Assembly: GCA_903908245.1 (NCBI GenBank)
Contig: CAIVRE010000022.1
Location: 864-64,863, forward strand
DNA: 64,000 bases
Direction: 5' to 3'
Source of the DNA: Candidatus Omnitrophota bacterium
Lineage (GTDB): Bacteria; Omnitrophota; Gorgyraeia; Zapsychrales; Fredricksoniimonadaceae
Shown here: positions 36,781-48,261 of the stretch, piece by piece
Layout: the number at the start of each line of letters is the position of its first letter
Position numbering within the stretch: position 1 is the first letter of the stretch
The notes under the pieces: generated by a model
What the model saw: the letters and a program-made list of their open reading frames with translations, nothing else
Database searches by the model: none
Told to the model about the DNA's origin: nothing
Position numbers and translations under genes: made by a program

Positions 36781-38522
36781 ACTTGAACAATAGCATTCAA
36801 ATTTTGATTTACCTGGTCGTTTTGATCTTGGCGGTCAAACCGCTCGGCATGTTTATGGCCTACATCTATGAAGGAAAGCCGGCGGGACTTAATGTTTGGT
36901 TAGGCCCTTTTGAACGGTGGATTTATCGGGTTTGTGGCGTGAAGGCTGAGGCGGGCATGACATGGAAGGAGTATGCTGTGGCCCTGATGCTTTTCAATGT
37001 TCTGGGGATCGTTGTTGTTTACGCTATTGAGCGTCTTCAGGTCTTTTTGCCATTGAACCCCATGGGCATGGCAGCGGTATCGCCGGACTCGTCATTTAAC
37101 ACGGCAGTAAGCTTCGCCAGTAACACGAATTGGCAGGGCTATGGCGGCGAGAGTACGATGAGTTATTTGACCCAGATGCTGGCTTTGACGGTCCAGAATT
37201 TCGTGTCGGCCGCGACAGGCATGGCGGTTCTCGTTGCGCTTATTCGGGGATTTGTTCAGAAACAAACAAAGACTCTTGGTAATTTCTGGGTGGATCTAGT
37301 GAGGAGCACTCTTTATATCCTGATTCCTTTGTCACTTGTTGTGGCTGTGATCCTTGTGTCGCAGGGAACTCCCCAGACATTCAATTCAAGTGCCACGGCA
37401 ACACTCGTTCAGCCCATGAAAGATGCGGCAGGGAAATCTGTGACGGAGCAGGTGATCGCTCTTGGGCCGGTCGCTTCCCAGCTCGCCATCAAGCAACTGG
37501 GGACCAATGGCGGCGGCTTTTTTAACGCCAATTCGGCGCATCCTTATGAGAATCCAACGCCGTTATCCAACTTCTTGGAGATGCTTTCAATACTGCTGAT
37601 TCCAGCGGCGCTTTGTTATACCTTCGGGTTTATGGTTAGGGATAGGCGACAGGGCTGGGCGTTACTTGCGTCTATGCTCGTTATCTTTATTCCCTGCCTT
37701 GTGTGGTCAGTTCAGATCGAACAGCAGGCGAATCCTTTGTTGGCGCGTTTGGGAGTTGACCAGGCAGCCACAGTTTTTCAGCCTGGCGGGAATATGGAAG
37801 GCAAGGAATCGCGTTTTGGGATCGCCAGTTCATCGATCTGGTCGGTTGCGACTGCCTCTGCCTCGAATGGGTCGGTTAATTCTATGCACGATTCGTTTAT
37901 GCCGTTAGGTGGAATGATCCCCATGTGGCTGATCCAGCTTGGCGAGGTCATTTTCGGCGGCGTGGGGTCAGGACTTTATGGATTGATCGCCTTTGTGATC
38001 GTGGCGGTCTTCATTGCCGGTCTTATGATCGGACGAACGCCGGAATACTTGGGGAAAAAGATCGAGGCTTATGAGATGAAGATGGCTTCCCTGGTCGCCT
38101 TGATTCCGCACGTTTTTATCCTGCTACCAACGGCACTGGCTGTGCTGATTCCCACCGGTAAAGCGGGAATACTGAATCCCGGGGCGCATGGTTTTAGCGA
38201 GATCCTTTACGCTTTCACATCAGCAGCCGGGAATAATGGCAGTGCTTTTGCCGGGTTGTCAGCGAACACGCCGTTTTATAATATCGCCTTGGGACTGGGT
38301 ATGTTCTTTTGCCGGTTCTGGCTCATTATTCCGATGTTAGCCATTGCCGGCTCATTGTCGTCAAAGAAGATCGTTCCGGTCAGTGCCGGTACTTTGCCGA
38401 CACATACGCCGTTGTTTGTGTTCTTTCTGGCCATGGTGATCCTCATCGTCGGTGCGTTGACATTCTTCCCGGCGCTTGCTTTGGGGCCGATCGTTGAACA
38501 TTTGATGTTAAATGGAGCTTAG
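36777..38522 (+). CDS. kdpA: KdpA, K+-translocating subunit
   Basis: 581 aa polytopic. Typical KdpA start [13 protein letters not shown]. Operon context. Confidence 0.9.
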   Translation: MNLNNSIQILIYLVVLILAVKPLGMFMAYIYEGKPAGLNVWLGPFERWIYRVCGVKAEAGMTWKEYAVALMLFNVLGIVVVYAIERLQVFLPLNPMGMAAVSPDSSFNTAVSFASNTNWQGYGGESTMSYLTQMLALTVQNFVSAATGMAVLVALIRGFVQKQTKTLGNFWVDLVRSTLYILIPLSLVVAVILVSQGTPQTFNSSATATLVQPMKDAAGKSVTEQVIALGPVASQLAIKQLGTNGGGFFNANSAHPYENPTPLSNFLEMLSILLIPAALCYTFGFMVRDRRQGWALLASMLVIFIPCLVWSVQIEQQANPLLARLGVDQAATVFQPGGNMEGKESRFGIASSSIWSVATASASNGSVNSMHDSFMPLGGMIPMWLIQLGEVIFGGVGSGLYGLIAFVIVAVFIAGLMIGRTPEYLGKKIEAYEMKMASLVALIPHVFILLPTALAVLIPTGKAGILNPGAHGFSEILYAFTSAAGNNGSAFAGLSANTPFYNIALGLGMFFCRFWLIIPMLAIAGSLSSKKIVPVSAGTLPTHTPLFVFFLAMVILIVGALTFFPALALGPIVEHLMLNGA

Positions 38523-40602
38523 TGTTATGAAAAAGACTAATAAGATCACCTCATTATTTGATCCGTCCATTCTGGGGCCCGCGGTCATTGATTCATTCAA
38601 AAAACTTGACCCCCGTCACCAGATCAAGAATCCTGTCATGTTCGTGGTTTTGGTAGGGAGTGTTTTGACGACGGGGTTATACTTCCAGGCGTTATTCGGT
38701 CATGGGGAAGCATCGGCTGGGTTTATCCTGGCGATTACCTTGTGGTTATGGTTCACGCTCTTGTTTGCCAACTTTTCCGAGGCCATGGCAGAAGGCCGCG
38801 GGAAAGCACAGGCGGCCAGTTTAAGAAAGACAAGAAAGGACGCTCCGGCCAAGAAATTGTTGAAGCCGTCCCATGGTTCGACGTTTACGACGGTCTCGGC
38901 CACAAGTCTTCGCAAGGAGGATGTGGTTCTGGTTGAAGCCGGTGACATGATCCCCATGGATGGCGAGGTTATTGAAGGGATCGCGTCGGTCGATGAGAGC
39001 GCGATCACTGGTGAAAGCGCACCGGTCATCCGGGAAAGCGGTGGAGACCGTTCGGCTGTTACCGGCGGTACTCGTGTTTTATCCGACTGGCTGGTTGTGC
39101 GAATTACGGCGAATCCAGGTGAAACTTTCTTGGATCACATGATCGCGATGGTTGAAGGTGCCAAGAGGCAGAAGACTCCGAACGAGATCGCTCTTACTAT
39201 TCTTTTGGTGGTGTTCACGATCATCTTTCTTTTGGTCACGGTCACGCTGTTGCCGTTCTCGATTTATAGCGTAAATGCGGCGGGTCATGGTGAGGTTATC
39301 TCCGTGACTGTATTGGTGGCGCTTTTGGTTTGCCTGATCCCGACAACGATAGGAGGGCTGCTTCCCGCCATTGGTATTGCTGGTATGGATAGGATGATCC
39401 AGGCCAATGTTATTGCCACATCCGGTCGGGCTGTAGAAGCCGCTGGGGATGTGGATGTTCTTCTTCTTGATAAGACAGGAACGATCACGCTTGGTAACCG
39501 TCAGGCGGTGGCGTTCTTTCCGGCTTACGGCATTAGTGTCGAGGCGTTGGCTGATGCGGCACAACTTTCATCCTTATCTGACGAAACGCCGGAAGGGCGC
39601 AGCATCGTTGTCCTGGCGAAGCAGAAACACGGCATCCGGGAAAGGCAGATCCACGACATAGAGGCTAAATTCGTTCCTTTTACAGCCCAGACCAAGATGA
39701 GCGGGGTTGATCTCGGCGGCGGTAGAGAGATCAGGAAGGGCTCTGTCGAGGCCATAGAGAATTATGTCAAGATCCACGGAGGGGTTTTCCCGGAGGACTT
39801 GAAATCAACGATCGAGACCATCTCAAAGAGCGGGGGGACGCCTCTGGCGGTTTGTGAAAACAGTCGGGTCCTTGGTGTGATCCAGCTGAAGGATATTATC
39901 AAGGGTGGCATTAAAGAACGGTTTGCTGAACTTCGGCGCATGGGAATCAAGACTATCATGATCACTGGAGATAATCCTTTAACAGCGGCATCTATCGCGG
40001 CGGAAGCCGGGATGGATGACTTTCTTGCTCAGGCAACACCGGAAGCCAAGCTCAAACTAATCCGCGAAATGCAATCCGGCGGGCGGCTGGTGGCCATGAC
40101 CGGCGACGGGACCAATGACGCTCCGGCTCTGGCGCAAGCTGATGTGGCTGTTGCCATGCATACCGGAACGCAGGCGGCCAAAGAAGCGGGGAATATGGTG
40201 GACTTGGATTCCAATCCGACCAAGCTTATCGAGGTTGTTGAGATCGGTAAACAGCTTCTGATGACGCGAGGATCTTTAACAACATTCAGTATCTCGAATG
40301 ATGTTTCTAAATACTTTGCCATCATCCCAGCCGCGTTCGTTGGGACTTACCCGGCATTGAAGGCGCTTAACATTATGCATTTGGCAACACCGCAAAGCGC
40401 GGTATTGTCGGCGGTCATCTTTAACGCGCTGATCATCATCTTTCTTATTCCGTTGTCATTATTTGGCGTGCCGTATAGGCCGATGCCTGCGAGCCGTTTG
40501 TTGAGGGATAATCTTCTGATCTATGGACTCGGCGGGCTTGTGACACCGTTTGTGGGCATTAAATTGATCGACATGATCCTTGTGGTATTGCACTTGGTAT
40601 AA
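38512..40602 (+). CDS. kdpB: KdpB, P-type ATPase catalytic subunit
   Basis: [32 protein letters not shown]. Confidence 0.9.
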   Translation: MELSVMKKTNKITSLFDPSILGPAVIDSFKKLDPRHQIKNPVMFVVLVGSVLTTGLYFQALFGHGEASAGFILAITLWLWFTLLFANFSEAMAEGRGKAQAASLRKTRKDAPAKKLLKPSHGSTFTTVSATSLRKEDVVLVEAGDMIPMDGEVIEGIASVDESAITGESAPVIRESGGDRSAVTGGTRVLSDWLVVRITANPGETFLDHMIAMVEGAKRQKTPNEIALTILLVVFTIIFLLVTVTLLPFSIYSVNAAGHGEVISVTVLVALLVCLIPTTIGGLLPAIGIAGMDRMIQANVIATSGRAVEAAGDVDVLLLDKTGTITLGNRQAVAFFPAYGISVEALADAAQLSSLSDETPEGRSIVVLAKQKHGIRERQIHDIEAKFVPFTAQTKMSGVDLGGGREIRKGSVEAIENYVKIHGGVFPEDLKSTIETISKSGGTPLAVCENSRVLGVIQLKDIIKGGIKERFAELRRMGIKTIMITGDNPLTAASIAAEAGMDDFLAQATPEAKLKLIREMQSGGRLVAMTGDGTNDAPALAQADVAVAMHTGTQAAKEAGNMVDLDSNPTKLIEVVEIGKQLLMTRGSLTTFSISNDVSKYFAIIPAAFVGTYPALKALNIMHLATPQSAVLSAVIFNALIIIFLIPLSLFGVPYRPMPASRLLRDNLLIYGLGGLVTPFVGIKLIDMILVVLHLV

Positions 40603-40614
40603 ATGGAGGCAGTT

Positions 40615-41193
40615 ATGTGGCGTGAACAAATTAAACCAGCGATAATGATCTTCATTGTGTTAACCGTGATCACTGGAGTTATTTATCCGTTGGTTGTTAC
40701 AGGGATGGCACAGGCATTTTTTCACAAACAAGCTAACGGAAGTCTGATTTATTCGAGTGACGGGAAGTCTGTTGGCTCTACTCTAATTGGGCAGAATTTC
40801 GATGACCCCAAGTATTTCTGGGGTAGGCTTTCGGCAACAACACCGGCGTATAATGCCTCTGCATCATCGGGTTCTAATTTGGGGCCGTCTAATCCAGCCT
40901 TAGTTGATGCAGTTAAAGCAAGGATAGCTGCACTAAAAATTGTTGATCCGGGCAATCAGGTCCCAGTCCCTGTCGATTTGGTGACGGCATCTGCGAGCGG
41001 ATTAGATCCACATTTAAGTTTGGCTGGTATGGATTATCAGTTATCGCGTGTTGCGCGAGTTAGAAAATTATCAGAAGCGAGTATCAAGAAGATCATTGAT
41101 CAGAATACGAGTGGGCGATTCATTGGGCTTCTTGGAGAGCCAGTCGTGAATGTTTTGAAAGTTAATTGGGCGTTAGACCGGCTGAAGAAATGA
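40615..41193 (+). CDS. kdpC: KdpC
   Basis: ~190 aa. N-terminal TM. Start at the ATG preceded by GGAGG; the track ATG at 40603 abuts the kdpB stop. Confidence 0.8.
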   Translation: MWREQIKPAIMIFIVLTVITGVIYPLVVTGMAQAFFHKQANGSLIYSSDGKSVGSTLIGQNFDDPKYFWGRLSATTPAYNASASSGSNLGPSNPALVDAVKARIAALKIVDPGNQVPVPVDLVTASASGLDPHLSLAGMDYQLSRVARVRKLSEASIKKIIDQNTSGRFIGLLGEPVVNVLKVNWALDRLKK

Positions 41194-41230
41194 TTGGTTT
41201 ACAGAACAATTGAAAGTTATTATATAAGTT

Positions 41231-43894
41231 ATGGAAAGACCTGATCCAGACGCGCTGCTTTTGAATGTCAACGCTGAGGATAACAAGCGGGGGAAATTAA
41301 GGATTTTCTTCGGTATGTGCCCCGGCGTCGGCAAGACCTATGCCATGCTCCTGGAAGCCCAGGCGCGGCAGGCAGAAGGAGTGCGCGTACTCGCCGGAAT
41401 TGTTTATACTCATGGTCGTGCGGAAACTGAGGCCTTGGTTCAGGGTCTTAACAAGATCCCACCCAAGGTCATTATCTACCGCGACAAGACTTTTGAGGAA
41501 ATGGACATCGACGAGATCCTGCGTCTTCGCCCGCAGCTTGTTCTTGTGGACGAGTTGGCCCATTCCAATATCCCCGGTAGTCGTCACCCCAAGCGTTATC
41601 AGGATGTTCTGGAGTTGCTTTCTGCAGGTATCGATGTCTTTTCAACGCTTAATGTTCAGCATGTTGAAAGCCATAAAGAGGATATTCACGCTGTCACGCG
41701 TGTCGCGGTTGGGGAAACTGTCCCTGACACCATATTGGATGAGGCTTTCGAGATCACGCTGGTTGATCTATCTCCGCAGGCGTTACGTAAGCGTTTGGCC
41801 GAAGGAAAAGTCTATGTGCCTGATCAGGTTCGTTCGACGGCGGCGGACAGCTTCTTTAAGACGGAGAATTTGACGGCCCTTCGGGAAATGGCCTTGCGCC
41901 TGACCGCGGCGCATGTGAACCGTCATTTACGATCGCTGATGGCCTCAAAGGGTATTGTCGGGCCCCATCAAAGTGGAGAGCGTATTTTGGTGGCGGTTGG
42001 ATCGACGCCTTTCTCGGAATCGCTCATTCGTATGACCCGGCGCTGGGCAGGCATGCTGGATGCCTCCTGGATTGCTCTTCACGTGGAGAGTTCAACGCCG
42101 GCCAGTGAAGAAGGCAAAGACCGTGTGCTTAAGAATTTGGCCCTGGCTCGCTTGCTTGGTGCAGAGGTTATGCATAAAGAGGGCGATAATCTCGCGTGCG
42201 AGATCATTGATGTAGCCAATAAAGAAAATGTAACCCAGATCATTGTCGGGAAATCTCCGCAGATGTTTTGGCAGCGGTTGTTCGGGTCTCCATCTTTGAC
42301 GGATAAGCTGGTTGAGTTGAGCGGGGAGATCGACATTCATGTCGTTCGCCTTTCGACGACTGAAAAGGTCTCTCCTGAAAGACGCCGGGATATTATCCCC
42401 CGTTTTAGGGCGTATGAATATGGCTTAAGCCTTCTTATGGTCACGCTGGCCACGATCACGGCGATATTCTTTGAAAAGTTTACCGGTTATCAGACATTAG
42501 GGTTGATCTATCTTCTGGCCGTGGTGTTGAGCGGGGTCTTTATGGGAAGGTCCGCCGCATTGATACTGGCCGCCTTAAGTGCCCTTGCGTGGGACTATTT
42601 ATTTATTCCTCCGAAATATACATTCATTATCAATAAAGATTATGATATCGCGATGTTGGTTATGTATTTTATTACGGCTCTGATGATGGGTCTTGTGACC
42701 TCCAAATTGAGGCGGCAAAAAGAGATTGAGCAGCGGCAGCGTATCCGCACTGAAGCCTTGTATGCTCTGACCCGGGCTTTGGCTGTGAGCACCGATCTTA
42801 ATCAGGCCATGCGGATCGGGACAGAGCAGGTCAATTTGCTGTGCAAATCGAAGAGCGCGGTTGTGATGTTAAATGGCGCTTCGGAACCTGTCTTTGATCA
42901 ACTTTTAGGAGACCGGATCGATCTGACCGAAGAGCAGAAGGGGCTTGTGCACTGGGTTATTGGGAACAAAAAGGCAGCAGGACGTTTCAGCGACACCTTG
43001 CCTCAGCAGCCTCTGATGTATCTGCCTTTGATGTCGTCGGGAAATGTCAGGGCCATCCTGGTCATTCAGTTACTGGAAGAGCGGCGGCTTGATCTGGCAC
43101 AGCGTACGCTGCTGGAATCGTTCACCTCGCTTATGACGCTCATGCTTGAAAAGGACAGTTTGCTCCGGATCTCGCGTGAAGCCAGGATGAAGGAAGACAC
43201 GCAGAACCTTCAGAGCGCGTTGCTGGACAATCTTTCCCATGAGCTAAAGACGCCGCTCACGATCATTGCCGGGTATCTGGACGCGCTTTTGTTGTACCAT
43301 GAATGGCCAAAGGATGCCCTGGAGCTGTTGGAGGAAAGCCGTTTGGCGAGTTTGCGGTTAACGAACAGCGTCGATGCAGTTTTGGATCTGACGAAACTTG
43401 ATACAGGGAACTTCCGGCCGAATTACGCGTGGTGTGAAGTCAGGGACATTGTTAATGAAGCGGTGAAGCTCGTTGCCGTCGGACTTAATAAGGACCGGGT
43501 CAAGGTCGAGTGTCCTGATGTCCCGCTGTATGTTCAGGCAGATTTCTATATGTTGACGCAGTCGCTCAAGAACATTATTAGTAATGCCCTGATACATGGC
43601 CCTGCGCAAGGCGTGGTCGATGTTAAGGCCAATTCCTTGAATCAGAAGGTTTTGATCAATGTCGTTGATCAGGGTGGGGGCATTCCTCAAGAGACCCTAA
43701 ACAAGATCTTTGACAAATTCTATCGGGGGGCGCAAACCAAGAAGGGCGGACTTGGTTTGGGACTATCCATTGCCAAGCGCTTCGTGGAATTGAATAACGG
43801 GACTGTCGAAGCGAGCAATTTATCGCCGCGAGGCTTTATGGTGAGCATGGCGTTGCCGGTCGTTGAGAAGGAAGGCGGGGAAGGAAATGTCTAA
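41231..43894 (+). CDS. kdpD: KdpD sensor histidine kinase
   Basis: N-terminal KdpD domain GKLRIFFGMCPGVGKTYAML. Usp-like domain. 4 TM. HisKA LSHELKTPLT. HATPase at the C-terminus. Confidence 0.9.
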   Translation: MERPDPDALLLNVNAEDNKRGKLRIFFGMCPGVGKTYAMLLEAQARQAEGVRVLAGIVYTHGRAETEALVQGLNKIPPKVIIYRDKTFEEMDIDEILRLRPQLVLVDELAHSNIPGSRHPKRYQDVLELLSAGIDVFSTLNVQHVESHKEDIHAVTRVAVGETVPDTILDEAFEITLVDLSPQALRKRLAEGKVYVPDQVRSTAADSFFKTENLTALREMALRLTAAHVNRHLRSLMASKGIVGPHQSGERILVAVGSTPFSESLIRMTRRWAGMLDASWIALHVESSTPASEEGKDRVLKNLALARLLGAEVMHKEGDNLACEIIDVANKENVTQIIVGKSPQMFWQRLFGSPSLTDKLVELSGEIDIHVVRLSTTEKVSPERRRDIIPRFRAYEYGLSLLMVTLATITAIFFEKFTGYQTLGLIYLLAVVLSGVFMGRSAALILAALSALAWDYLFIPPKYTFIINKDYDIAMLVMYFITALMMGLVTSKLRRQKEIEQRQRIRTEALYALTRALAVSTDLNQAMRIGTEQVNLLCKSKSAVVMLNGASEPVFDQLLGDRIDLTEEQKGLVHWVIGNKKAAGRFSDTLPQQPLMYLPLMSSGNVRAILVIQLLEERRLDLAQRTLLESFTSLMTLMLEKDSLLRISREARMKEDTQNLQSALLDNLSHELKTPLTIIAGYLDALLLYHEWPKDALELLEESRLASLRLTNSVDAVLDLTKLDTGNFRPNYAWCEVRDIVNEAVKLVAVGLNKDRVKVECPDVPLYVQADFYMLTQSLKNIISNALIHGPAQGVVDVKANSLNQKVLINVVDQGGGIPQETLNKIFDKFYRGAQTKKGGLGLGLSIAKRFVELNNGTVEASNLSPRGFMVSMALPVVEKEGGEGNV

Positions 43895-44573
43895 AGGTTT
43901 GGTTCTTGTTATTGACGATGAACCGCAGATCCAGAAACTGATGCGGGTGATCTTGACTCATGCCGGGTACACCATGATCGAGGCTGGTACGGGCAAGGAA
44001 GGGTTGTCGGAACTTGTTTACAAGAAGCCTAACGCCGTGCTGCTGGACATGGGTTTGCCGGATATGGAGGGCTCAGAAGTTTTGTTAAGAATACGCGAGA
44101 TCAGCGATGTCGCTGTGATCATGGTCTCTGTTCGGGGGCAGGAAGAGGTCAAGGTCAAATGCCTTGAGAATGGCGCTGATGACTATGTTACCAAGCCGTT
44201 TTCCGCTGTTGAGCTAACGGCACGCCTTCAGGCGGTGCTTCGGCGCAAGACAACGCCCGGGATCGTTGACGAGGTCTTTGAGAACACGGGATTGCGACTG
44301 GAGTTTAATACGCGTGTGGCTACCCTTCATGGACAGCCGCTCAAGCTTACGGCGATCGAATATGGACTGCTGACATTGTTCATTAAGAACGCTGGCCGTG
44401 TCCTTACGATGCGTCAGATTTTAAGAGATGTTTGGGGCACGGATAATGAAGAAAAGCTGAACTCCGTTCGCGTTTACCTTAATCATCTTCGGCAGAAGAT
44501 CGAAGATGATTCAGCGCGGCCCAAACGGATTGTCAATGAGCCAGGGATAGGGTATCGTTTTAATTTATTATAA
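43863..44573 (+). CDS. kdpE: KdpE response regulator (OmpR family)
   Basis: Receiver domain LVIDDEPQI...LLDMGLPDMEG. Winged-helix C-terminus. Overlaps kdpD by 32 nt. Confidence 0.85.
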   Translation: MRRKAGKEMSKGLVLVIDDEPQIQKLMRVILTHAGYTMIEAGTGKEGLSELVYKKPNAVLLDMGLPDMEGSEVLLRIREISDVAVIMVSVRGQEEVKVKCLENGADDYVTKPFSAVELTARLQAVLRRKTTPGIVDEVFENTGLRLEFNTRVATLHGQPLKLTAIEYGLLTLFIKNAGRVLTMRQILRDVWGTDNEEKLNSVRVYLNHLRQKIEDDSARPKRIVNEPGIGYRFNLL

Positions 44574-44592
44574 AGTTTAGAGGTGCGATCAT

Positions 44593-44820
44593 CTAAAGCA
44601 TGGCTAATTCTCGCTTGACTTTTTGTTGCAACCGGATAAACTCGCATAATTGCTGTTCTTGATTTTTGAATGTTGTTATTTCCTGCAGCTTCCGTTCAGC
44701 CCAGAAATTATGTTCGGTCACATCTTGGGTTGATCTCAAGTGCTGAATGATGCTTGGATTCAATTCAAGAAGGTTGAGCAACTGATAGACTCTGGCACGG
44801 GATATCCCAAACCGCTCGGC
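44593..44820 (-). pseudogene. ParB-like HTH fragment (5'-truncated remnant)
   Basis: The frame is open only back to a TAA at 44821-44823. It encodes AERFGISRARVYQLLNLLELNPSIIQHL (ParB-type GxSRSxVxNxLRLLxL). No ATG; the track start is TTG, and the first HTH helix is missing. Confidence 0.4.
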
Positions 44821-44987
44821 TTAGACAGGCCCATTAGAGATTTCTAGTGGGCCTTTTCTACGTATACGGATTCATCGTTGACAAAACCGTAGCATTTCTT
44901 CCCAAGTTCATCTCTGGCCTCGGCAGAGAGCTTATCTTTAGCCAGTTTTTGTTTAATGTTTAAAAACCAGTTGAAAATATGCACGCC

Positions 44988-45016
44988 TTGACACTATACC
45001 GACTAGTCGGTATACT
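44988..45016 (+). promoter_or_regulatory. sigma70-type promoter (TTGACA-17-TATACT) with embedded perfect 18-bp palindromic operator ATACCGACTAGTCGGTAT (44996-45013)
   Basis: Read directly: ttgacaCTATACCGACTAGTCGGtatact, upstream of the TetR-family gene. Confidence 0.6.
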
Positions 45017-45071
45017 ATATATTAAGTCCTGTGGCAAAGGGGACATCCTGGTTTTTATAAAGGAGCGAGCG

Positions 45072-45629
45072 ATGATCAAGAAAGTCAATTGTAAAGAAAG
45101 CATTCTTGATGCCGCTGAAGCGGTGGCTATGGAAATGGGCGCGGTCCACATGTCGCTGGATGTGGTCGCGAAAAAGGCCGGTGTCAGCAAGGGCGGCTTG
45201 ATGTACCATTTTGCTACGAAGAAAAGCCTGCTTAAAGCCATGATCGATCGGTTGGTCCGGCAGTTTTATGTTGACCGGACTGCGTTGCTCGATAAGGTCA
45301 AGCCGGGGCCGGGGAGGGAGCTTAAGGCGGGGATCCTGACGGCGCTGGGGCCGAATGAAAAGCGCGATCGTATGGGGCTTTCCATTTTGGTGGTTGCAGC
45401 CAATGATCCCGAATTACTTAAATGCCTTAAAGACGCGCATTGCGAACATTTGAAGGAAATGTCAGATTCCGGTCTGGATTTTGAACGCGCGGCTGTCATT
45501 TCATTGGCTTCGGACGGATTAATGTTATCAGAGATGCTGGGGTTTTCACCGTATAGCCCGGCCCAGAAGAAAAAGATCCGGGATATGATGATCCGGATGA
45601 TCGAGGAACTGGAGGCAGGGAAGAAATGA
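45072..45629 (+). CDS. TetR/AcrR-family transcriptional repressor
   Basis: N-terminal HTH ILDAAEAVAMEMGAVHMSLDVVAKKAGVSKGGLMYHF. RBS AAGGAG. ATGA overlap with the efflux outer membrane factor (OMF) gene. Confidence 0.8.
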   Translation: MIKKVNCKESILDAAEAVAMEMGAVHMSLDVVAKKAGVSKGGLMYHFATKKSLLKAMIDRLVRQFYVDRTALLDKVKPGPGRELKAGILTALGPNEKRDRMGLSILVVAANDPELLKCLKDAHCEHLKEMSDSGLDFERAAVISLASDGLMLSEMLGFSPYSPAQKKKIRDMMIRMIEELEAGKK

Positions 45630-47125
45630 GCGCAATGGCCGGATCGGCAAAGATCTGCATAGTTTTGGGTATCCTGGTGCTGAGCGGTTGCGCGGCGGGG
45701 CCGGCATTGCATACGCCTGCAGCCGATGTCAAGGCGTATACCGCGGGGCCGCTTGCAGAGAAGACGGAGGCGACAGCGGTGGCAGGTGGCGCGGCGCAGA
45801 AATTCAATATGGGAGAAGATGTCCCGGCGCAGTGGTGGACGCTTTTTAAGTCAGAGGAGTTGGACCGCATCATCCGCGACGCGCTGGCCCAGAATCCGAA
45901 CCTGGCGGCGGCACAGGCCACGCTCCGCGAGGCTCGGGAGAATTATAACGCGAGCGCCGGCAGCGAATATTTTCCGGATGTTTCCGCCGCCCTGTCTTCA
46001 TCGCGCAAGAAGAGCTCTCCGGCCGCAGCAGGTTTGCCTGCCGGAAGCAAGGGCAGTGTTTTTGACTTGCATAATGCTTCGGTCGATGTGGCGTATACAT
46101 TCGATGTTTTTGGCAAAGGGCGGCAGGAGCTCGATGGCCTCAGGGCTCAGGTGGATTATCAGCAATATCAGTTCGAGGCGGCTTATTTGGCGCTTACGGC
46201 TAATATTGTCACTACTGTTATAAGGGAAGCTTCTTTGAGAGAGCAGCTGGCGGCGCTCAGCGATATTGTAGCGTCGCAGGAAAAACATTTGAGCATGCTG
46301 GATCAGCAGATGGCTTTGGGTGGCGTGGCACGTCCCGAGGTTTTGGCGCAGCGTGCCCAGCTTGAGCAGACGCGCGCGGCTTTACCTCCCGTGGAAAAGG
46401 AGCTATCGCAGGTCCGACATCAGCTTATGGTGCTGACCGGGAAATTTCCGGCGGATGAGGCTACGGTGAAAGGCTTTAGCCTTGCGGCGATAAGTTTGCC
46501 GGAAGATTTGCCCGTAACCCTGCCTTCTAGACTGGTACGTCAGCGGCCGGATATCCGTGCCGCGGAAGCGCTGCTTAAGGCGGCTAGTGCCAGGGTGGGA
46601 GTGGCGACTGCGGACCTTTATCCGCAGATCACCTTAAGCGGCAGTTATGGTTCCCAGGCCGGGAGGATGGCGGGTCTTTTCGATGCTAACAGTACGGTGT
46701 GGAATATCGGGGCGGGCATCGTCCAGCCTATATTTAATGGCGGCAGGTTGCGTGCCCAGCGCCGGGCTTCTTTGGCGGCGTTTGATGCGGCCAGAGCCCA
46801 GTTCCGTCAGGTGGTCCTGGCGGCATACGCGAATGTGGCTGACGCGCTGCGCGCGCTGGAGACGGATGCGCGTGCGCTTAAAGCCCAGGCTGATGCACAA
46901 GCCGCGGCGGCTGCTTCCCTGGATATGACCCAGAAACAACTGGCCGCAGGCGCGGTGAATTATGCCCTGCTGTTAGATGCCGAGCGGCAGTATCAGCAGG
47001 CCCGGATCGCGTTGGTCCAGGCCCGGGCCGCTCGCCTTTCCGATACGGCGGCATTATTTCAGGCGTTGGGTGGCGGCTGGTGGAATAGAGATCATCGGGT
47101 TTCGGTGGAGCAATCAAAGGAGTAG
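45626..47125 (+). CDS. RND efflux outer-membrane factor lipoprotein (NodT/OprM family)
   Basis: Lipobox VLSGCAAG. Two-repeat OEP architecture. 499 aa. Confidence 0.8.
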   Translation: MSAMAGSAKICIVLGILVLSGCAAGPALHTPAADVKAYTAGPLAEKTEATAVAGGAAQKFNMGEDVPAQWWTLFKSEELDRIIRDALAQNPNLAAAQATLREARENYNASAGSEYFPDVSAALSSSRKKSSPAAAGLPAGSKGSVFDLHNASVDVAYTFDVFGKGRQELDGLRAQVDYQQYQFEAAYLALTANIVTTVIREASLREQLAALSDIVASQEKHLSMLDQQMALGGVARPEVLAQRAQLEQTRAALPPVEKELSQVRHQLMVLTGKFPADEATVKGFSLAAISLPEDLPVTLPSRLVRQRPDIRAAEALLKAASARVGVATADLYPQITLSGSYGSQAGRMAGLFDANSTVWNIGAGIVQPIFNGGRLRAQRRASLAAFDAARAQFRQVVLAAYANVADALRALETDARALKAQADAQAAAAASLDMTQKQLAAGAVNYALLLDAERQYQQARIALVQARAARLSDTAALFQALGGGWWNRDHRVSVEQSKE

Positions 47126-47128
47126 TTT

Positions 47129-48259
47129 ATGGTTAAGAGAATGTTATTGATGCTGTTGATCGCCGGGTTTGTATTCGGAGGTATTTTCGGATACCTGGCT
47201 TTCGGCAACTACATGATGAAACAGCATTTTGCCACGATGCAGATGCCACCCGTCGTAGTGGCTACGGTCAAAGTTGGAACACAGTTTTGGCAGCCCAAGA
47301 TCAAGGCGTCGGGAAGCCTGCGCGCGGTGCAGGGGGTGGATGTGGCCAGCGAGATAGCGGGGATCATTGAGGCAGTGCATTTTAAGTCCGGCGATGATGT
47401 TAAAGAGGGACAGGCTCTGCTTGAGTTGAATGCAGAAGCGGATACGGCCCAGCTGCAGGCCATGGAAGCGGCGGAGGAGCTGGCGCAGACGGTTTATGAT
47501 CGGGATAAGAAGCAGCTGGAGATACAGGCGGTAAGCCAGGCTGTCGTGGAGGCTGACGCGGCGGAACTCAAAAGCCGCAGGGCGCAGCGGGACCAGCAAA
47601 GTGCTATGGTGGCCAAGAAAAAGATCAAGGCGCCCTTTAGCGGCAAGCTGGGGATCGGTGTGGTCAATTCCGGACAGTATCTGAATCCGGGCGAGAAGAT
47701 CGTCACGCTGCAATCGCTCGATACGGTGTACGCCGATTTCTTCCTGCCTCAGCAGGAACTTTCCCGTCTGGTCATTGGCCAGGAAGTGAATGTTGCGACG
47801 GATACCTTCCCCGGCCGGTCTTTCCCCGGCAGGATCACGGCCATTAATACTAAAATTGAGCCTGATACGCGCAATGTTCAGGTTGAAGCCACGCTTGTTA
47901 ACCCGAAGCATGACCTTCTGCCGGGCATGTTCGTGTCCGTTGAGGTCGACGTGGGCGATGCGAAGCCTTACCTGACGCTGCCGCAGACGGCCGTGAACTT
48001 CAATCCGTATGGGGAAACGGTTTTCGTTGTGGAGGCTTCTGAAAAAGACGCGCAGGGTGCTTCTGTCATGAAAGCCAAGCAGTCTTTTATCACGGTCGGC
48101 GAAATGCGGGGTGACCAGTTGAGCGTCGTCAAAGGTATTAAGGAAGGCGACCTTGTCGTTTCTAGCGGCCAGCACAAACTTAAGAATGGCAGTGTGGTCA
48201 TCATTAATGACAAGGTGCAGCCGGGCAATGATCCCGCTCCCGCACCGGTCGATCAATAA
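47129..48259 (+). CDS. RND efflux membrane fusion protein (AcrA/HlyD family)
   Basis: N-terminal TM. Coiled-coil hairpin. Beta-barrel/lipoyl motifs. 376 aa. Confidence 0.8.
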   Translation: MVKRMLLMLLIAGFVFGGIFGYLAFGNYMMKQHFATMQMPPVVVATVKVGTQFWQPKIKASGSLRAVQGVDVASEIAGIIEAVHFKSGDDVKEGQALLELNAEADTAQLQAMEAAEELAQTVYDRDKKQLEIQAVSQAVVEADAAELKSRRAQRDQQSAMVAKKKIKAPFSGKLGIGVVNSGQYLNPGEKIVTLQSLDTVYADFFLPQQELSRLVIGQEVNVATDTFPGRSFPGRITAINTKIEPDTRNVQVEATLVNPKHDLLPGMFVSVEVDVGDAKPYLTLPQTAVNFNPYGETVFVVEASEKDAQGASVMKAKQSFITVGEMRGDQLSVVKGIKEGDLVVSSGQHKLKNGSVVIINDKVQPGNDPAPAPVDQ

Positions 48260-48261
48260 GG

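Noticed and set aside
44979-45071. Upstream start for the TetR gene
   Set aside because: It would begin inside the promoter/operator. The ATG at 45072 has an AAGGAG SD and yields a canonical TetR N-terminus.
47144-48256. 370-aa minus-strand ORF covering the membrane-fusion-protein gene, and the 361-aa ORF at 50230-51315 inside the RND pump gene
   Set aside because: Antisense artefacts of GC-rich coding sequence. No motifs, R/H/L-rich.
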